From Parcubacteria group bacterium GW2011_GWF2_45_11 (GTDB lineage Bacteria > Patescibacteriota > Patescibacteriia > UBA1558 > UBA10009), in contig LCKE01000001.1 in the NCBI GenBank assembly GCA_001001205.1, positions 8,208 to 72,207 of the forward strand: a DNA stretch of 64,000 nt, given 5' to 3'. The position numbers and the translations under genes were made by a program. The notes under the pieces were generated by a model. That model searched no databases, was not told the DNA's origin, and saw nothing but the letters and a program-made list of their open reading frames with translations. Positions 60,136-64,000 of the stretch are shown piece by piece. The stretch's first letter is position 1; every line of letters starts with the position of its first letter.

Positions 60136-61104
60136 TTACCGCAAAGGGTGAAACTTAGTATGGACCTCTTGAGCGTAACGATCAGAAGCGTGAACGTACC
60201 GAGTGGTCGTATCCAAAGACTCATGGCCTAAAAGCACTTGAATGGCCGCCGGATTAGCGCCTTCCTCGGCCAAATAGGTGGCAAAACCGTGCCTTAACGA
60301 ATGAGCGGAAATGGGAGTATTGATTCTTAAAATTTCCCGATAATGCTTAATCCTTGCCTGAAGATAATTAGGTGAAATTTTCTTATTTTTATCAGCGGCG
60401 TTACGTCCCCTTAAGGGCGTGTACAAAAAATCCGAATGATCTTTGGCTTCGGCCAGATAATTTTTAAGGTGAGCTATGGCTCTGGGAGTCAGATAAACAA
60501 ATCTTTCTTTTTTGCCTTTGCCCATAATAAATATCTTGCCGGTGTCGTCAATCTGGCTCTTTTTAAGATTAATCAGCTCGGAGATCCTCATGCCGGTGGC
60601 AAAGAGCATCTCCAGCATCGCCCGATTACGCAAGCCCACCGGTTTATTTTTTTCCAGCTTGAGTGGTGATTCAATCAATTTAACCAGATCATTAAATTCC
60701 GCCACCCTAGGGTGTTTTCGTTCGGTTTTAACCAGCTTGATCGCTTCTGGTGAAATGGGCGACTGATAGTCAAAATCTATTAAAAATTTCAAATAAGAAC
60801 GCAAGGCCGAAAGAATCCGGTTAATGGAATAACTGGCCAAACGCACCTGGCCTTTGTGGTGCCTGGGCGTCTGGCGGTCGATAGAGGAGAGGTAAGCCTT
60901 ATAATTCAAAATAAAACGCTTATCAAGCTGGCTGAATTTTACTTTAGTGTTGCTCAAAAAATCCTGAAAAATATTCAAGTCGCGTTCATAATTATAAACC
61001 GTTTCCGGGGAATAATAATTTGTCTGCAGATGCAATAAAAACTCATCCAAAAGGGGGAGTGAGGCAGTGGCCGATTGTTTTTTGGCTTTTTGGGGCTTCA
61101 GCAT
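60136..61104 (-). CDS. tyrosine site-specific recombinase (XerC/XerD-like)
   Basis: C-terminal catalytic motifs R..HSLRHGFATYLAEEGANPAAIQVLLGHESLDTTTRYVH, with the catalytic Tyr. N-terminal core-binding domain. Confidence 0.8.
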   Translation of the reverse strand: MLKPQKAKKQSATASLPLLDEFLLHLQTNYYSPETVYNYERDLNIFQDFLSNTKVKFSQLDKRFILNYKAYLSSIDRQTPRHHKGQVRLASYSINRILSALRSYLKFLIDFDYQSPISPEAIKLVKTERKHPRVAEFNDLVKLIESPLKLEKNKPVGLRNRAMLEMLFATGMRISELINLKKSQIDDTGKIFIMGKGKKERFVYLTPRAIAHLKNYLAEAKDHSDFLYTPLRGRNAADKNKKISPNYLQARIKHYREILRINTPISAHSLRHGFATYLAEEGANPAAIQVLLGHESLDTTTRYVHASDRYAQEVHTKFHPLR

Positions 61105-61175
61105 AATTTAACTGAGTGTAAGGGATATTATACTCAGTTTATCATATTTACTTAAAAAGGCAAACAGAGGCCTTT

Positions 61176-62051
61176 TTACTTATAAATAACCTGGTTATCT
61201 AGGCGCAGATTAATATAATCAACCTTGTTCAAATCTATTTTACCCGCCTCCAAGGAACGTTTTAGCTTATTCAACTGCTGATCCAAACCTAAAGCCGGCG
61301 TCAAATGGATTTCAAAGCCCTGTTTGGTGCTAAGCCTGATAAAATTAGCCTTGGTGCTGTCCACCCGGAATGAATCAAGCTCAGTGGCCGGCAACCCAAA
61401 TTCAGCGAATTTTTCGTAAGCCTCCGCAATAAAGTTAATCATGCCGGAATCCAGCACCCGGTCGCCGACCGCCACCAGCGACTCGGAATTATCATAAATC
61501 ACCGGTAAGCCGACGTTGACCATTTCCCTGGCCGGCACTTCTTTGAATATTTCCCCGTCTAGATTAAAAAGATAAATGACTTCATTCGTCACCCAGATGA
61601 ATTGTCCGGCTCTTTCGATTAATTCAACCAATAAAGTATCGGGCGGAATTTTTTCAACGGACAACTCATCCAGCAAATACTTTTTTTGAAAATCCCGCTG
61701 CAATTTCTTTTCGCTAAAAAAGAAATAATTATCCTGCGGAAAAACCAGCCAGCTGTACCGCCGGATAGACTGCCAAATGACCTCTTCTATCTCCGCAATG
61801 GGCGCTTCAACATGACCGCTGATTACCACGTGCTTAATCTTAAAACTTTCCGAATAAAACAAAAGATAAACTAAAAAAATGATCAAAACTATGCCCAGAT
61901 ACCTTAAAACCCGGCGCCTGAGGCTAACCGCCCGCTCGTGCAGGTACTCGTAGGTTCTTTTGCTCCTGGTAACTCTGCCCGCTGACTGGCCGCTGGACCT
62001 GGGCGTTTGCGCTTTACTGGTAAACTTTGACCTGGAGTAATCTCTTTTCAT
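61176..62051 (-). CDS. ftsQ: cell division protein FtsQ/DivIB-like (POTRA)
   Basis: Basic N-terminal tail, a single TM (YLGIVLIIFLVYLLF), a POTRA-like region, and a position directly downstream of ddl. Confidence 0.55.
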   Translation of the reverse strand: MKRDYSRSKFTSKAQTPRSSGQSAGRVTRSKRTYEYLHERAVSLRRRVLRYLGIVLIIFLVYLLFYSESFKIKHVVISGHVEAPIAEIEEVIWQSIRRYSWLVFPQDNYFFFSEKKLQRDFQKKYLLDELSVEKIPPDTLLVELIERAGQFIWVTNEVIYLFNLDGEIFKEVPAREMVNVGLPVIYDNSESLVAVGDRVLDSGMINFIAEAYEKFAEFGLPATELDSFRVDSTKANFIRLSTKQGFEIHLTPALGLDQQLNKLKRSLEAGKIDLNKVDYINLRLDNQVIYK

Positions 62052-62056
62052 GAAAG

Positions 62057-63190
62057 TTAATAGTTAGCCTGCCAGCCCGCGTCAATATCATCAAACGAGG
62101 TTTTTAAGGCGTTTTTTTCCTGATGCCTGGCCAAAGCCAGCTCAATCAGCCGGTCAATCAATTTATCGTAAGGCAAACCGCTGGCCTGCCATAATTTGGG
62201 ATACATGCTGATTTTGGTAAACCCCGGCACGGTATTAACTTCATTGAGGTAAATCCGGCCCGCGGGATCAAGCAAAAAATCCACCCGGGCCATGCCGGAC
62301 AAATCCAGGGCCTTAAAAGCTGTCAGTGACAACTCTTGAATTTTTCGGACGACCGGCTCGTCCAATTTCGCCGGCACTGCCAAACCGGCACCGTTCTCGT
62401 CCACGTACTTGGCTTCATAAGAATAAAATTCGTGATGCGGGATGATTTCTCCCGGGACCGACGCCTCTGGCTCATCATTGCCCAAAACGGCGCATTCAAT
62501 CTCCCGGTTGTTTTCAATTGATTTTTCCACGATCGCCCGGCGGTCATATTTAAAAGCCTCGGCCAGGGCCCGGGCCAGGCCGGCCGGGTCTTTAACCTTG
62601 CTGATGCCCACGGATGAACCTAAGTTGGCCGGTTTAACAAATACGGGATAAGTCAGCTCCGCGGCGACGGTTTTTAATACCTCAAGCTCACCCGCCAGCC
62701 AGTCTTTTTTTAACACAAGGACAAAGTCGGGCGTTAGTAAACCCGCCTGCCTGAAGAGATTTTTCATGATCACCTTATCCATGCCCACTGCCGAGCCCAA
62801 AACGCCGCAGCCGACGTAAGGCAGATTGGCCATTTCCAAAAGCCCTTGGAGTTTGCCGTCTTCGCCGTAAGTGCCGTGAATCAAAGGAATAACCACATCC
62901 AGGGCGGTTTCAGCAGCCAGGCCGTCCGGCTTTAAGGAAACCAAAGACTGATGATTGGGATCAGGCAACAAAATCTTTTCGGCTAACTGCTGGTTGGACA
63001 TACCGGCTTTTAAAGATTCAACCGTGCCCGGACCGGAAATCCATTGGCCGGTCTTGGTTATGCCAATCGACACCACATCATATTTATCTTTGTTCAAAGC
63101 CTTGATGACTGAGGAGGCGGAGACCACCGAAACCTCATGTTCGCCGCTCCTGCCGCCCATCATCACCCCCACCCTCAATTTTTTAGGCAT
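62057..63190 (-). CDS. ddl: D-alanine--D-alanine ligase
   Basis: RVGVMMGGRSGEHEVSVVSA start and an ATP-grasp C-terminal half ending in LNEVNTVPGFT. Confidence 0.9.
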   Translation of the reverse strand: MPKKLRVGVMMGGRSGEHEVSVVSASSVIKALNKDKYDVVSIGITKTGQWISGPGTVESLKAGMSNQQLAEKILLPDPNHQSLVSLKPDGLAAETALDVVIPLIHGTYGEDGKLQGLLEMANLPYVGCGVLGSAVGMDKVIMKNLFRQAGLLTPDFVLVLKKDWLAGELEVLKTVAAELTYPVFVKPANLGSSVGISKVKDPAGLARALAEAFKYDRRAIVEKSIENNREIECAVLGNDEPEASVPGEIIPHHEFYSYEAKYVDENGAGLAVPAKLDEPVVRKIQELSLTAFKALDLSGMARVDFLLDPAGRIYLNEVNTVPGFTKISMYPKLWQASGLPYDKLIDRLIELALARHQEKNALKTSFDDIDAGWQANY

Positions 63191-63234
63191 ATTTTATGTG
63201 TCGTAAAATATTATTAAGGTGACCGCTGACAATA

Positions 63235-64000
63235 TCATTTAACCGCCACCCGCGGCAGGCAAGGATTAATCCTGGTCACCACTTCGTAATTAATCGTCTG
63301 TAGCTTTTGCGCGAATTCGTTGGCCGTTATCTCTTCCCTGCCCTGCTGGCCGATTAAAACCACTTCATCTTCAATCTCAACCCCCGCTATATCGGTGACG
63401 TCAGCCATAAACATATTCATGCAAATCCGGCCGATAATTTTGGCTCGTTGCCCCCTGACAATCACGTTGCCCAGACTGCCCATGCCCCGATCAAAACCGT
63501 CCCAATAGCCTACCGGGATAACGGCAATCTGGGAATCGCGATAAACCCGCTCGCTGCAACCGTAACCGACTGGCTGGCCCTTTTTTACCGGTTTAATCTG
63601 CGCCACCACGGTCTTCCAGCTTAAAACCGGTTTTAAGGTCAGGGATTTGCGCTGACGGGCGGCGACCAGCTTGGTTTCGTTGCTGCTCCAGAGGCCGTAA
63701 ACACTGATGCCGCTTCTAACCATGTCAAAATAAGTCTGCTGATACAAAATGGCGGCCGCCGAACAAGCAGTATGCAATAAGGGAATATGAATGTGATGGT
63801 CGCTTAAAAGCTTGGCCGACTGCTTAAAAAGACTCAGTTGTTTAAAAGCAAAATCATGATTCAAGGTGTCCTCAATGTTGGCATAATGCGTATAAAGGCC
63901 CTCAATCACCAGGTTTTGCCGCCGGCGGATATAGCGGACAAAATCCAAAAGATTTTCTGGCAAAATGCCCTGCCGGGCCGTTCCCGTTTCCAGCTTAAGA
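63235..64000 (-). CDS. alr: alanine racemase, C-terminal part (the gene continues beyond the window)
   Basis: Conserved C-terminal beta domain (YGCSERVYRDSQIAVIPVGYWDGFDR) and the upstream TIM-barrel segment. The ORF is still open at the window edge. Confidence 0.8.
   Translation of the reverse strand, partial: LKLETGTARQGILPENLLDFVRYIRRRQNLVIEGLYTHYANIEDTLNHDFAFKQLSLFKQSAKLLSDHHIHIPLLHTACSAAAILYQQTYFDMVRSGISVYGLWSSNETKLVAARQRKSLTLKPVLSWKTVVAQIKPVKKGQPVGYGCSERVYRDSQIAVIPVGYWDGFDRGMGSLGNVIVRGQRAKIIGRICMNMFMADVTDIAGVEIEDEVVLIGQQGREEITANEFAQKLQTINYEVVTRINPCLPRVAVK

Noticed and set aside
59960-61104. Integrated prophage or genomic island marked by the tyrosine recombinase
   Set aside because: Flanking genes are core housekeeping on both sides (gltX, M23 peptidase, ftsQ, ddl, alr). 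There are no phage structural or replication genes and no tRNA target. A chromosomal Xer-type recombinase is more likely.

Overview
This 64-kb window reads like a chromosomal fragment from a small-genome bacterium, probably of the CPR/Patescibacteria type. The evidence is compact genes, many overlapping or translationally coupled ORFs, weak ribosome-binding sites, and a gene set dominated by cell envelope and information processing.

The window is almost entirely coding. Left to right it carries:
- a PfkB-family kinase coupled to SAH hydrolase (ahcY);
- dTDP-rhamnose genes rfbB (frameshifted), rfbD and rfbA;
- a PEGA/beta-propeller membrane protein, murA, a CtpA-type S41 protease, rplI and pyrG;
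- a 520-bp noncoding gap with a consensus promoter, a tRNA-like 3' minihelix and a 45-bp direct repeat, which is a candidate tmRNA or tRNA-like RNA;
- an 8-kb minus-strand type IV pilus cluster (pilB, pilC, three prepilins, a 411-aa pilus-associated protein, pilM, pilN, pilO);
- a peptidoglycan block (mraY, murD, ftsW, murG, murC, murB);
- a divergent Prs-like gene, then secA driven by an extended -10 promoter that sits just downstream of five tandem 13/14-bp repeats;
- small nucleotide-sanitising genes (DUF1653, MazG-like, NUDIX);
- an FG-GAP/L,D-transpeptidase fusion, a SecD that carries an inserted parvulin PPIase domain, and SecF;
- a protein with sigma-70 region 4 at the N-terminus and a HARE-HTH-like C-terminal domain;
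- a five-gene accessory block: membrane protein, TraG/VirD4/HerA-like P-loop ATPase with a C-terminal zinc ribbon, processive GT2 synthase with a QxxRW motif, and two 500-aa Thr/Gly-rich secreted repeat proteins;
- fmt and def;
- a 4.7-kb segment holding a split AmmeMemoRadiSam pair, a MazG-like gene and a secreted protein, flanked by inverted copies of a repeated intergenic element of about 170 nt;
- thpR, tagA and idi, then gltX, an M23 peptidase, a tyrosine recombinase with adjacent tandem AAAATTTAG repeats, ftsQ, ddl and the start of alr.

There is no rRNA and no CRISPR array. Two families of repeated intergenic elements recur across the window. One is a GC-stem hairpin with a conserved loop in three copies. 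The other is a ~170-nt element with terminal inverted repeats in three copies, two of them in inverted orientation.
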